Assembly (NCBI GenBank): GCA_965644315.1 | Contig: CBFFRQ010000013.1 | Coordinates: forward strand, 124,001-188,000 | Direction of reading: 5' to 3' | DNA from: Caecitellus pseudoparvulus | Lineage: Eukaryota > Protista > Bigyra: Bicosoecida | Length of the DNA: 64,000 bases | In this document: positions 9,001 to 18,936 of the stretch, in pieces | How the letters are laid out: the number at the start of each line of letters is the position of its first letter | Position numbering within the stretch: the stretch's first letter is position 1 | Notes under the pieces: model-generated | Told to the model about the DNA's origin: nothing | The model's database searches: none | Seen by the model: the letters and a program-made list of their open reading frames with translations, nothing else | Position numbers and translations under genes: made by a program

Positions 9001-10931
9001 CCGAACGCTCCGCGGCGCAGGAGGCTCTAAAGGCCCGCAGCGCCCTGCGAGCAGAGGCACTGGAGGGGCGCCGACGAGCACAGGGGGCAAGCCTGCGCCC
9101 CAGCTCCCCTCTCCGCGCCAGCCAAGTGGCAGGCATGCATCGCCACGTGGAGGCAGGGGTGCGGCAGACCCTGGCCAAGGCGGCCGCGTCAGCTTCCCCC
9201 GGCAAGCTCCACCGGCGCCGGCATGTGCGCCCCGCCGTGTCCACGGGGGACTTGAACCCGGGAGTGCGTCGGGCACTGGCCAGTGTCGCACCCGCCACGC
9301 TGTCCACCTCCACGCTGCCAGCACCCTCTGCCCCTGACCGCGTGGCAGCTGCATCCCCGGCAAAGGCGTCCCCACACAAGGGCAGTGTGCGGCAGGGCGT
9401 GCAGGCGTTCTTGCCACATGTGGCTGGCATTGCGGCGCAGGGCTCGTCTGCTTCGCGCCGCCAGCGCCGTCGGAGCAGGAGCAAGCAAGCGCACAGCGTG
9501 TCTTCCCGCCTGCTGCAAGGCACCCTGGCGCCTGGACTGAGCAGTGGAGCAGTGTGCACGCGTGCCGGCACGCGCTTCGTGGTGCGGGAAGGCGAGGGGG
9601 GCGGCTCTGACGCGCGTCTGCAGCGGCCTGACGGCAGCCAGCTGTCAGTGGAGGAGTTGCTGGCCATCGCGTCGGATGACTCGGACGATGCGGCGGCGCA
9701 GGCGCTGGGTGTGGGCGAGGAGGACGACGGCAGCGGTGATGAGGCCGGGCAGGGACTGGTGTCCAGCGTCAACCTGCGCGCGCTGCTGGCGCGTGAGCTG
9801 GCCCAGGCTGCTCCAGCTGCGCCGCTGTCTCAGGACACTGTGGACGCCTTCCAGGCGTGGTATGCCAGTGGGCAGGCGGGTCCTATCGACGGGACTTCCC
9901 CGGCCCACGCCGCCACACAGGCGTACCCTGTGGACCCCGAGGCGTCACCGCAGGTGATGAAGTGTGCACTGGTCGGCTTCCTCCGCCACCAGCGCCGGCG
10001 AAAGCAGCTGCAGACGAAGCGGAGAGTGCTAACGAAACTGAGCTCTTTCTCGGCCCTACTGGCACCGTCAGCGGCCCGTGCGGCCCGGGCCTCCCCTGAC
10101 AAGATCCAGACTGCCGACGTTGACGCGGATGGGGGAGCTCCACCCTCCCCACATCTTCCCCAGACGACGGATGGCCCTCCTCCCAAGCGCGACAAACGAA
10201 GCCGCCGGCAGCCCATGCGTGCGGCGCAGCCGATGCCCCGAACCCGCCTGATGCAGCAGCTCAAGTCTGCCGCAGGCACGTACTGCCAGTCCGGCGAGAA
10301 GCTGTCCGTCTCCTTTGAGCAGAGCGGCGGCAGCGAGGACATATCTGGGGGCATGCTGCCTGTGGCGTCTGCCCAGGCCTTCGTGGCTGCCGCGGACGCC
10401 CGGCGAAGTGGCCAAGGCGCCGCTGCGGGAGGGCCGCCTCCGTCTCCCAAGACGCCCAAGACACCCAAGCCTGACCCTTCCTGGTCCACCCCTGGTCCGG
10501 CGTCACACTTCAAGTCCCCCTTCACAGGTCTGCGAGATGGCCCGTCAGGCAGAGGGCGGGAAGACACCTTCAGCGTGTCGTCCTCCTCTGCCTCAGACAC
10601 GACCTCCAGCGCCACGCCCAGCCAGGACACTGGGGGCATGTCCATCGCCGCTCAGCCCGCAGCCCGGGGCAGTGTCGCCTCCCCCACTCCCATCGCATCC
10701 ATGGCCGCCTTTCTGCAGCGGGTGCACGGCAGTGACAGCCCTGACATGGGCACCTTGCTCAGTGCATTCGACTTGGACGGGCCTGTGGAGGCTGCGGACA
10801 CGCCGCCCCCTGCCCGCCCTCTGCCGCCCGTGTCACCCACGCCGGCCTCTGGCACCCCCAGCCAAGTAGCGGCAGTGCGCCGCATGCTGCAAGCCTCCCG
10901 CGATCGACGGCACCTCGCCGCCACCTTGTGA
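6030..10931 (+). CDS. Large low-complexity hypothetical protein, possible N-myristoylation; likely in-frame intron 6150-6224
   Basis: 1633-codon ORF starting MGATVSS (MGxxxS); GTGCGT...GCAG 75-nt intron; Ala/Ser/Pro-rich; no domain recognised. Confidence 0.7.
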   Translation: MGATVSSSKPRRGQEASSSVAATSAAEHSTLSFASLPKALVRAPTPCTSQHAYDPFAPRPRACMQTKHDLDGYAAGLLQLPPAAAAAEPEAALAAHLVGWGSGQVNRFILRVQGAVAHLSASPDADPADFSTTSLDNQHPHPARGLPAFKLIKPHLAQHMTTTPLPVPLFQALITTPHRDLLSPAAHGAQASFPLRRLSAAFAASTPFSSGCGGLLPQGTPQTIEQADALHAAPLLVALIATSAASPGDRWRKLLRLLPSTSPPGSPHACSWAAFSNLVHLLLHVLHVLRLLPLALLGPRLALLSARLHTDVRSLPGGDMAPSSSPRASTSRRSSGRSPRATVTPSRPISPGGAWGALPSPAARGHTPSWGRDRSPVASRDLSASSDTGGGGKWGPEHIPTATLGSCLSAHADVAALLRAVDAVLGHIRSGVTTRSIKGAMTAYCSRLDTLGAEISAHRLHQRLDVRGPGRGSSPHAAVLVCPLTASDLQRELGGRAPAEGGASTSGTLGGMGHSPLLQFLQEAAQPGSAPRGAEDLYRVLDVTAEGSYLPLLGQEAPVPTSRSAKVSARHPASTGWVSGLRKAHTGGFSVKRAWALARVPLRVLQAANALLQGAVAGSLRRDTLAAALPGQLEQVHCLRLLTRSGAPGAPVLPSGTLSLAASKAQAAKHQRASRAIADSPNLLSVIASVGGGGHRSSAVSFASLHSAATAAEGVGRGPGGAHTRDGLSSLATRVVASSSYAGQSWFSPLSVVAHTAGCIPRISVKAAQDTYTSEWDLNQQLGKPCPPPSSMHPIKRMFAVRDGAALELASRKLHRAASRRAASGARLTPLAHGKQGGPARSPSQHPLQVKTSGLSAASTTSDGVEEWVTGLSSAASTPLRRIGSTLPRLLSRTGSMSPSSVAFRPPPVDTSVGQRTPAAGTGSAVLGPGFVDGNVSGDDSESDDGNAAESTGGASANPAPRSLAGWRTVMRKFPRLIHIMTQLSAVQLLAERSAAQEALKARSALRAEALEGRRRAQGASLRPSSPLRASQVAGMHRHVEAGVRQTLAKAAASASPGKLHRRRHVRPAVSTGDLNPGVRRALASVAPATLSTSTLPAPSAPDRVAAASPAKASPHKGSVRQGVQAFLPHVAGIAAQGSSASRRQRRRSRSKQAHSVSSRLLQGTLAPGLSSGAVCTRAGTRFVVREGEGGGSDARLQRPDGSQLSVEELLAIASDDSDDAAAQALGVGEEDDGSGDEAGQGLVSSVNLRALLARELAQAAPAAPLSQDTVDAFQAWYASGQAGPIDGTSPAHAATQAYPVDPEASPQVMKCALVGFLRHQRRRKQLQTKRRVLTKLSSFSALLAPSAARAARASPDKIQTADVDADGGAPPSPHLPQTTDGPPPKRDKRSRRQPMRAAQPMPRTRLMQQLKSAAGTYCQSGEKLSVSFEQSGGSEDISGGMLPVASAQAFVAAADARRSGQGAAAGGPPPSPKTPKTPKPDPSWSTPGPASHFKSPFTGLRDGPSGRGREDTFSVSSSSASDTTSSATPSQDTGGMSIAAQPAARGSVASPTPIASMAAFLQRVHGSDSPDMGTLLSAFDLDGPVEAADTPPPARPLPPVSPTPASGTPSQVAAVRRMLQASRDRRHLAATL

Positions 10932-10989
10932 GCTCCGGCACTGCGCAGACACAGACCCTGCCAAAGTAACCTCCAGGCGTGCGAGGCCT

Positions 10990-13731
10990 TCAGAAGTACG
11001 AGTCGTCCACATCAGAGGGCGGTCGGACGGCGTCCAGAGCCCGCTTGGCCGTCTTGAGGCGCAGCCGCATGACCTTTGCCATGTCGGCGTCACTTTCGTA
11101 CGTCAGCGCGATGTGCGCCTTCATGTACTTGGACAAGAACAGCGTCATGCCGTCCCGGATAAGCATGACGTCGCGCCCGGTGCCACAGCGCCCGAACAGC
11201 GCCGCCACCTGCTCCGCCGACTCGCACTCCGCCAGCAGCGCATCCACCGTGGCCCGCAGCCACAGCAGGCGCTTCGCGTCCAGTCGTGCGAAGTCGAAGA
11301 CCTTCAGGGCAGCCAGGGACAGGGCCTGGCCCTTGATGAGGGCTGCCTGCAGGCGGGCGAGGTTGTACACGCGGCGGGTGGTCATGGACCCCGCCCCCTT
11401 GATGTTGTCCCACAGCGCCAGCTGGAATGTAAACTTGAACGCGTGCTTCACACGGCACAGTTGCACGCCCACAGCCGCGTAGTACGGGTTGAACGCCTTC
11501 TCTTGCCCGGCACAGTCCACCAGCACCCGCACGATGTCCCTATCGGCAGCCCCCCGCAGGTCCAGAGCTAGCAGGCGGCTCACAGCGTCCTGGGGGTCCC
11601 CCGCCCCCATGAGCGCCACGAAGACACGCCGCTTCACGTCGGTGTTCATGTGCATCTTGCGCGCCACCTTCAGCAAGAGGGCCTCTTGGGGGTCTTGGAC
11701 AGCGGCCGCGGAGGCTTGGCGCGGCGCAGCATCAGGGCGCACAGCTCGGGAAGCACCCCCGTCACCATGCCCCGCCCACGAAGAGCCCACCAGCCACCAC
11801 CTGCCCTTTGACGGGATGTCCATGATGTCGTGCCAGCGCACCCGCAGCCGGCGCTCGGGGGATGCGCCGCTGCTGGAGGCAAGGCGAGACAGCCACTTGC
11901 GCAGGGGCACACCCCGCTCCTCCAGCTGCTGCGTCGTCTGCCGCTTGCGGTTGTTCCGGATGTCCGTCACCAGGTCTGCCATGACCCGCACACGCGTGGA
12001 GACGTCTGAGCCCGCCTCAGCCACGCTGTGTAGCTTGTCCAGCAGCGCCTTCAGCCCAGCGCCGTCGTCACTGCGCAGCTGGAAGCCGCAGTGCCGCAGG
12101 GAAGTCGCCAGCAGCGTCACGTCCAGCTCCCCCAGCCGCTCGGCCGCCAAGTGCAGGACGTCCAGCACCAACCCCGACGTCACCACGCCAAAGATGTACA
12201 TGTACGAAAGCAGCAGGGTCAAGTTCACGGCCTCTTTCTCCCGCCCTGGCGCCGGTGCCTCCGCAGGCTCATCTGCGCTGCTCGGCAGGCCAGCGGCAGC
12301 CTGTAGGCGCAGCACGACGGCCTCGCAGGCCTTGGCGCCGACACGCACGCCAAGCTGGATGTGTGCGCCTGCGAGCAGGGCAGCGTACACCATGATGATG
12401 CCCCGCATCACCTGCACATCGTCGGCGCACAGCTGCAGGATGACACGCACGAGGGCTTCGTTCAGTGCGCCCACACCCACTCCCCCGTCCGGGCCCCACG
12501 CTGGGAGACCGCACACTTCCTTCAGCACACCTTCTACATTCGACGCCGCCACTCGGTTCAGCAGACCTTGCACTTTGCGGTCGAGGAGGGCCGCCACATT
12601 GCCCGACTTGCCTGGCCCTGCGCCAGCTGCCGCCAGCGCGCGCCGCATGCTTGGAGGCACGTACTTGCTCCCAGCTCCGACGCTGTCAGCTGAAGAAGCA
12701 GTGCCCGCACTTGGTGCCGCTGTTGAGAATTCCGGGAGGGCGGCCCCACCACCGCTGGGGCCAGCTTGCACCCCCAACTCTTCGTGGCTGTCCCGTGGGC
12801 CGGCGTCGCCGAACAGGTCAGCAAAATTCGCCCGCCGACGCGACTTGGCGTCGGCAAATTCGCCCGCTTCGGCACTCCCATCGCTGTCGCTGGCTGCCTC
12901 GTCGCTCTCCTCGGCTCTGTCCCCACTGCCCTCCACCGAGTCGCCCTCGCTGTCCTCCCCCTCCTCCTCCTCGCCATCTTCATCACTTGACAGCGCCTGC
13001 ATCGCATAGTGGAGGTCCCCCACCCCCTCCTCCACGTCTGGCATGGCGGACAGCACAGACACCCCTTCGGTTGCTGCTTGTCCAGGCTCACCAGTGGCCT
13101 CCTGCTGCCGTCTGGCCTTGCTGGTCGCCGATGCCAGCTGATCGCAGGCAGTAAGGAAGTCGAAGAAGCCCTCTCCCAAGCCATCCATGCGGTACTCCTT
13201 GCGCAGCTGCCGCTCCTGCTTCTTGCTCGACTTGCTCTCGCCCCCTGCCAAGCCCAGCTGCCGCTCCAAGTACCGGATCTCGGCGTCCTCTGGGTCGCTG
13301 TCTCCCTCCTCGGGAGGCATGCCCCCAAAGCCATTGCCACCACCCTCAGCACCCAGAGTTGATGTAAAGCCTCGAGGGACAAGGCGCTCCGCCTCCATCA
13401 TGCTGAAGAAAGCAGCATTCTTGTCCTCTCTCGCTGCTGCAGGCGCCTCAGAAGACGGCCCAAACCGGACAGACTTGGTGGGTTTCGAAGTAGAAGCACC
13501 CCTGTGTCCAGATGTGGCTTCCTGAACTTCGCCGCCTTGCTTCGATTTCCCTCTCGCGTGTGCCTCGTGGGCCTTTGCTCGTCTTTGTTTCACTGCGGTC
13601 CTTTTCATTTTCCGCAACTCTTTCCTGCTGCGCTTGCCCGTGCGAAACGATGCAGCAGAGCTCTCAGCGCCCGTGGAACCACCTGGCGCAGCAGCTCGCC
13701 CACGCTTCCGTCCACCAATCCTTCCTGACAT
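10990..13731 (-). CDS. NOM1: Nucleolar MIF4G domain-containing protein 1 (NOM1/Sgd1; MIF4G + MA3)
   Basis: KYVPPSMRR, GLLNRV..SNVE, LRHCGFQLRSDD, KGRWWLVGSSW, MNTDVKRRVFVALM, QEKAFNPYY, FTFQLALWD. Basic N-terminus from ATG 13731. Confidence 0.9.
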   Translation of the reverse strand: MSGRIGGRKRGRAAAPGGSTGAESSAASFRTGKRSRKELRKMKRTAVKQRRAKAHEAHARGKSKQGGEVQEATSGHRGASTSKPTKSVRFGPSSEAPAAAREDKNAAFFSMMEAERLVPRGFTSTLGAEGGGNGFGGMPPEEGDSDPEDAEIRYLERQLGLAGGESKSSKKQERQLRKEYRMDGLGEGFFDFLTACDQLASATSKARRQQEATGEPGQAATEGVSVLSAMPDVEEGVGDLHYAMQALSSDEDGEEEEGEDSEGDSVEGSGDRAEESDEAASDSDGSAEAGEFADAKSRRRANFADLFGDAGPRDSHEELGVQAGPSGGGAALPEFSTAAPSAGTASSADSVGAGSKYVPPSMRRALAAAGAGPGKSGNVAALLDRKVQGLLNRVAASNVEGVLKEVCGLPAWGPDGGVGVGALNEALVRVILQLCADDVQVMRGIIMVYAALLAGAHIQLGVRVGAKACEAVVLRLQAAAGLPSSADEPAEAPAPGREKEAVNLTLLLSYMYIFGVVTSGLVLDVLHLAAERLGELDVTLLATSLRHCGFQLRSDDGAGLKALLDKLHSVAEAGSDVSTRVRVMADLVTDIRNNRKRQTTQQLEERGVPLRKWLSRLASSSGASPERRLRVRWHDIMDIPSKGRWWLVGSSWAGHGDGGASRAVRPDAAPRQASAAAVQDPQEALLLKVARKMHMNTDVKRRVFVALMGAGDPQDAVSRLLALDLRGAADRDIVRVLVDCAGQEKAFNPYYAAVGVQLCRVKHAFKFTFQLALWDNIKGAGSMTTRRVYNLARLQAALIKGQALSLAALKVFDFARLDAKRLLWLRATVDALLAECESAEQVAALFGRCGTGRDVMLIRDGMTLFLSKYMKAHIALTYESDADMAKVMRLRLKTAKRALDAVRPPSDVDDSYF

Positions 13732-14112
13732 GTCTGGCAAGCGTTGGAAGTGTGGCGGCGAGCTGGCGCCTGGACAGCTTCCAGGCGCTGTCGCTGTCTT
13801 CCACCTGCCTCTCAGCCTGCTCGTCCAAGACCCAAGCGGCTGGACGCTCGCAGGTGATGGGCGCAGCGTCAAGTTGGATTTTTCTGTTTTCTTGCCCTGC
13901 CGCTCTGCCTCTTGGTCATTCGGAGTCAGTCTCTCAAGCAGCCATTTCTTGGCAGCGGCGCAGGCTCGGCAGCAAGTCCAAGCCACCATGGCGGGAATGC
14001 GCATCTCTGAGCTCGCACCTGCCCTCTCAGGGCTACAAAGCAGTCGTCAGTGTGGTTCTGACGGCATGGAGCGCTGGCAGGGCTGGGAGAGGGGCCACCG
14101 TCGAGGTCTTCC

Positions 14113-14382
14113 TCACTTTGCCGGGGCGGTCTGGACCACGCCTTCGCCATCGCAACGTGCACAGTCTCGCTCGGATGCCACATGGTTGTAAACAGCCTTC
14201 ACAGTCCCGCAGCCTCCACAGCCTCTGCAGATGGTCATCGAGTCTAGCTTGGAGGGGCCGGTGGAGCTTGGCGTTTCGGTTGAAACGCCCGTCGCAGGCG
14301 GCAGCTGCGCATACTTCTCACGCAAGGCAGAGAGGTTGGGGGCGGAAGCAGCGGCCCCATCACGATCGCGGTGACTAGCCAT
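14113..14382 (-). CDS. Small protein with DnaJ-type zinc finger (two CxxCxGxG motifs)
   Basis: CRGCGGCG...CARCDGEG in an 89-aa ORF; no J domain. Confidence 0.65.
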   Translation of the reverse strand: MASHRDRDGAAASAPNLSALREKYAQLPPATGVSTETPSSTGPSKLDSMTICRGCGGCGTVKAVYNHVASERDCARCDGEGVVQTAPAK

Positions 14383-14681
14383 CACCTTCTCCAGCGCGTT
14401 GATGTGCTAGTGGGTCACGCAGCTGCGTCAGGGGCGGCTGGCGTGCGCAGCCAGACAAGCTCGGCTTGCGTGAGTGCTGCATGGAGCCCTGCAGGCTACG
14501 CATCATTACATTGTACATTTTACCACCCTGCTTCGCAAGCCAATAGACAACAAGGTGCACCTTGCAGATGGGTGCCCCCCCTTGTCTGCTGTGCTGGGGG
14601 GGTGCAAACCCCACGTGCAGTCAGGGTTGGCTGCTTCGCTTGCGTGGCCCGCCAGCCAGGACGGGTGCCCGACCATTCTGT

Positions 14682-16856
14682 CTACGGGACAGGGCCAGAG
14701 GCGTTGGCCACTGGTTGCACAAAGAGGTGGGGCGCGTGTCTGAGCAGCAACCCGAGCGAGGAGCCGTCTTGCCCAGCCCACGACGACATGCAGCTGACGA
14801 ACTGGGTGCCCTGCAAGCTGGTGCAGTTCTTGGCATGCCAGTTGTGCCGCAGGTCCTTGTCGCACAGGCGCAGCACAACCAGGCCATGGGCCCGGGCGCT
14901 GTTGTAGAAGGCGACGTCCTCCCCGCCCCACCCCTGGAAGGAGGTGTCGAAGCCCCCCACGAGGTCGAAGTCGGACTTGAACATGACCACCATGCCATAG
15001 CCGTACTCCCTCCAGCTGCCAGTGTGATGAAAGAGGTCGATGCTGGGTCGCCCGAACCAGTCCTCCACAGCCTGCACCGTCGCCGGGTTGTACTTGGACC
15101 ACACGACTGGGAAGTACGCCGTCGCACCCCGGCGCACGAGAGCCACTGCCCGCAGCAGGAAACCCACCTGCACGTGCATGTCCACGTCCAGCACCACCAG
15201 AAGGGCATCCTCTGGTGCAGACGCCGCTGCAGCATTACGGTTGGCTGAGCGGTCCATGGGCTGGTCCACCTGCACCATGACCACCTGCATGTGGCCACCG
15301 CTGAACTGTTCCTGGATGCGCTCCTGGTGGGCAGCATCCGTAGCCGGCTCGTGCGCATCGCATGCAGACCAGCCAATGTGCACGTAGCCTGTGAAGCCCC
15401 CTGCCGTGAAGGCTTCCTGCAGGTTCTGCAGCAGGCTGCGCAGCATGCTGTAGCGGCAGGAGAACGGCACGACGGCGTGCAGAGTGACGCCGCTCGTGTC
15501 GCGGCTGTGGACGGACAGCATGCTGGGGTCCCACACCACAGGGCTCTGCATCTCCAGCACTCGGCTCGCGGGTGGCGGCAGGGAGGCAATCACCGTGGCC
15601 GTGACACACTCCCGGCACCACACGATGGCGACGGAGCTGAGGGCCACTGGGGGCCGCACCGCCTTTATGGTCTCCCGAGCTCGCGCCAGCACGCTGCCGA
15701 CAGGGAAGCCCGCTGTGGAGATGGTGGAGGCACACTGCAAGAGGTTGTCGCCGTCCACACTGGCAAACCACATGTCCTTGGGGCGGGGGCGCTCCTTGTG
15801 GCCGGTCCCGGGCAGCCCGTGCAGCCACTCCAGCCGCACCCGGTGCTGCAGGTGAGCGCGCTGGCGCTGCATGGCCGCCTGCAAGTCCCACTCTGCCACC
15901 AAATAGCCCGCCATGTCAGGCGGCAGCCCCGGCACCACCGCCGCAGCGAGCAAGGCATTGCTGCCTTCCCACACCCCAGCGGCCAGCAGCGCTTGCTCCA
16001 GGGCTGGGGTGGGCACCTGCAGCGCACGTTGCAACTGGCGACGGAGTGACTCTGGGACCCCCGCCGGTGATGCGGGTGGGGGTACTGCACGTGACTCGGC
16101 CAGCTGCACCAAGTACCGCAGGGCACCCAGCCAGGGCTTGTTGCTGCCGCGGCTGGGAGGCATGGAGCTGGGCAGCTGCACCTGCGCCAGCAGGCGCATG
16201 GGAACGAAGAGGGGAGTGCGCGCATCAATCGCGCCTTCATCCGTCTGCCTGCCGACCATGCTCGGTACAGCGGCCTCTTGCAGCGCTACCATGAGGTTGC
16301 GCAGGCGGCCAGGGTGAGCCACCATGGAGTCATCGAGGAAGCCAACCCAGGTGGCGTTGCTGGCGGGACTAGTGCGGGCCGCCTGGGACGCCCACGCAAG
16401 CGCATGGAAGGCGAGGTGAAAAGGGGACATGTCACGGTCTGGAAGGGGGGCCCACGTGGCCATGCGCAGGGCCTGCTTCGCAGTCCTGGGCAGCGCCTCC
16501 ACCACCGCATGCGACGCCAGCAACACTGGGCGCAGGCCGACGCCAACAGCTTCTTTGCACCATGCGGCAATCTCTGCAGAGCGATTGGCACTGCGCAATG
16601 CCCAGATTACCACAGGCAAGGCATCGGGCTGCGAGTCGGGGGGGAAGGCTGGCGGAAATCGGGAGGAATGCACAGAGCGCTGCCAGGGAGGCGCTGCCTG
16701 GTCTGAGGCGGCCACACCAGCACCCGGTCCCCTGCTGCCGTTGCCTGCTGTGCTGTACAGCAGGTCCTGAAGCCGAAAGATGAAGAGGGCAACTGAAATG
16801 ACAAAGGTGCCGACAACTGCAAGCCAGCTGCAGCGTGGTGGTGGCCTGTGCCGCAT
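14682..16856 (-). CDS. Chondroitin synthase / N-acetylgalactosaminyltransferase-like type II membrane glycosyltransferase (CHGN family)
   Basis: N-terminal TM anchor; DVDM, YFPVVWSKYNP, GSWREYGYGM, SDF..VGGFD..FQGWGGEDV, H.WH.K.C; an upstream WVGFLDDS fringe/GT31-like segment. Confidence 0.85.
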   Translation of the reverse strand: MRHRPPPRCSWLAVVGTFVISVALFIFRLQDLLYSTAGNGSRGPGAGVAASDQAAPPWQRSVHSSRFPPAFPPDSQPDALPVVIWALRSANRSAEIAAWCKEAVGVGLRPVLLASHAVVEALPRTAKQALRMATWAPLPDRDMSPFHLAFHALAWASQAARTSPASNATWVGFLDDSMVAHPGRLRNLMVALQEAAVPSMVGRQTDEGAIDARTPLFVPMRLLAQVQLPSSMPPSRGSNKPWLGALRYLVQLAESRAVPPPASPAGVPESLRRQLQRALQVPTPALEQALLAAGVWEGSNALLAAAVVPGLPPDMAGYLVAEWDLQAAMQRQRAHLQHRVRLEWLHGLPGTGHKERPRPKDMWFASVDGDNLLQCASTISTAGFPVGSVLARARETIKAVRPPVALSSVAIVWCRECVTATVIASLPPPASRVLEMQSPVVWDPSMLSVHSRDTSGVTLHAVVPFSCRYSMLRSLLQNLQEAFTAGGFTGYVHIGWSACDAHEPATDAAHQERIQEQFSGGHMQVVMVQVDQPMDRSANRNAAAASAPEDALLVVLDVDMHVQVGFLLRAVALVRRGATAYFPVVWSKYNPATVQAVEDWFGRPSIDLFHHTGSWREYGYGMVVMFKSDFDLVGGFDTSFQGWGGEDVAFYNSARAHGLVVLRLCDKDLRHNWHAKNCTSLQGTQFVSCMSSWAGQDGSSLGLLLRHAPHLFVQPVANASGPVP

Positions 16857-17266
16857 GTCGCTTCAGCGGCGTTTCACCGTTTGGAGAGATCGGCACACAT
16901 GAAGGATGTCGCAGCCGGGGGAGGGACTGGGGCGCCCCAAGTGCAAAGGGCGCAGTGTACCCGCCGTGAAAGTCGCATCCACATGAAGTGGGTTGGGTTT
17001 GATTGTACTCCTATGCTGCTGCAGCACGTCGTGCCAACTGGCACACACCTCGGCCTGAGGTGGGGGGTGGCTTGGCCAACCAAGGGCCGGTTCATCCCAC
17101 CTGAGCGCCCCTCTCACCCCCCCAGTATCCGCGCCACAAAACATTCCATCCTTGTTACACCGCATTACGTTTCTCTCGTGGTACTCTTGGCTTAGGCGCA
17201 CGCTGCGCACCAAGTGACGGCATCTGAGGCAGCGGAAATTGGTTTGCCACAACAGCGTCTGGCGCT

Positions 17267-18800
17267 ATGGCCTTGGCTTGGCAAGCTGGGGTGCGCATGG
17301 CCCAGAGCCAGAGCAAGCTCATGGTACGTGGCCTATGCAGCATGAAGCGGGAGTGGTCAGACAGCAGCGCCTCGTTGCTGGCCATCGCTGTGGGGGAGCC
17401 ATCCAGCGGGGCGAGCGCTCCCCTGGAATCTGCGCCGGTAGACCTGAGCCACCTGGGTGCGTGTCTGGGCAGGGGCAACAATGCCGACGCGTGCCATGCA
17501 TGCATTTCACCCTTCCCAACACAGTGAAGGCGCCAAGCGACTCTCTCATGACGCTGCACTTGCCTTTCAAGAGCAGCAGCCGCTTGGTGCGTCCCGCGCA
17601 CGTTTTCCGCGCCGCGCGTGATACGCACAAGCCCCCCTTTCACGCGCACAGCGAAGCCAATACATGAATGGCATGGGGCAACTCCGCATTGGCAAGTTGT
17701 TGGAGGACCTGGATGCGTTTGCCGGCACTATCGCATACAAGCACTGCGATGACGGGGACGAAGGCACTGCCCCCCTGACGCTCGTGACCGCCAGCTGTGA
17801 CCGCATTGACGCTCTGGGGCCGCTGCCCCCCCAAGACATGGTCATGGTGGGCGCCTGCACCTTTGTGGGCAACTCCAGCATGAACATCGACCTGGAGCTG
17901 CGGCCAGAGGGCGGGCAGGGCCACGCTGACGCACCCCACATGGCTGCCGGGGTACACACGACGCCAGGGCAGGCCAGCCTGCTGGCCGCCTCCCTCACCT
18001 TCGTCGCGCGGCACCCCGTGTCCAACGCCGCCGTGCCAGTGCCGTGGCTGCACCCCAAGTCCCCCGTGGAGAAGGGCTGGTATGCCCGGGGGCGCAAGCG
18101 GCAGGCCGCCAACCGGGCCGCTCGGCAGGCGTCCCTGTACCACACCCTGCCCACAGGGAACGAGCTCGCCCTGGTGCACGACATGTTCGTGTCCACACAT
18201 GGCCGTGGAGGGGGCGGGCGGTCCTCCTTCGCTGCGGCGGGGGCGCTGCTGGGGGACGTGTCCACGGCAGTGGGTCAGCCCCGCCCCATCGCCAGCACCA
18301 GCATGACCAGTCACTACTTCACGCAGCCCACCGACGCAAACATCCACGGCAAGGTCTTCGGCGGGCTGCTCATGCGCAAGGCCTTCGAGCTGGCGTACTC
18401 CACTGCCTGGGTGTACACGGGCGCGCGCCCCGACTTCTACTCTCTGGATGACATCACGTTCCTGGCACCGGTGGAGCTTGGCACGCTGCTGCGCAGCACC
18501 GCCCGCGTGGAGTACACTGCGCATGGCATCTCCACCCCTGGCAACAGCAGTGCAGCGCCTGCGCACTTTGTCACGGTGGCCGTGTCCACCGAAAGCCTCA
18601 ACCCCAGCGCTGGGGACCAGGTTGTCACCAACGACTTCCACTTCACGTTCAAGCTGCGCACTGGCATTCCCCGGGTGCAGCCACAGTCGTATGCTGAAGC
18701 CATGACTTGGTTGGAGTCCCACCGCCGCTTCAATGCGGGCCAAGCTGCGGCGGTGGAGCGGGCCGAGGCGGGGGGGGCGACGTGCCAGTTCAATCCATAA
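17267..18800 (+). CDS. ACOT9: Acyl-CoA thioesterase 9-like (double hotdog), mitochondrial; introns 17457-17524 and 17587-17651
   Basis: Spliced DSLMTLHLPF...QYMNGMGQLRIGKLLEDLDAFAG; LVTASCDRI; NIHGKVFGGLLMRKAFELAY; TNDFHFTF; VQPQSYAEAM. Confidence 0.88.
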
Positions 18801-18936
18801 TGCCATCATTCGCGGAACTCATAAATCATCGACCAATTGCGAGAGCTGCCCCTGCCCCCCATACCGCCGCACTTTCAAGTTCTAAGGCATCCCCGCAGAT
18901 TGTTGTGATACTCGTTTCACACAAACAGTGTCAGCC

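Noticed and set aside
11489-13009. Long antisense ORFs (also 29424-31250, 32511-33965, 62362-63630 and others)
   Set aside because: Shadows of GC-rich coding strands; no domains.
13732-14004. N-terminal extension of the NOM1 ORF
   Set aside because: Looks like intergenic/UTR read-through; the basic nucleolar-type N-terminus starts at 13731.
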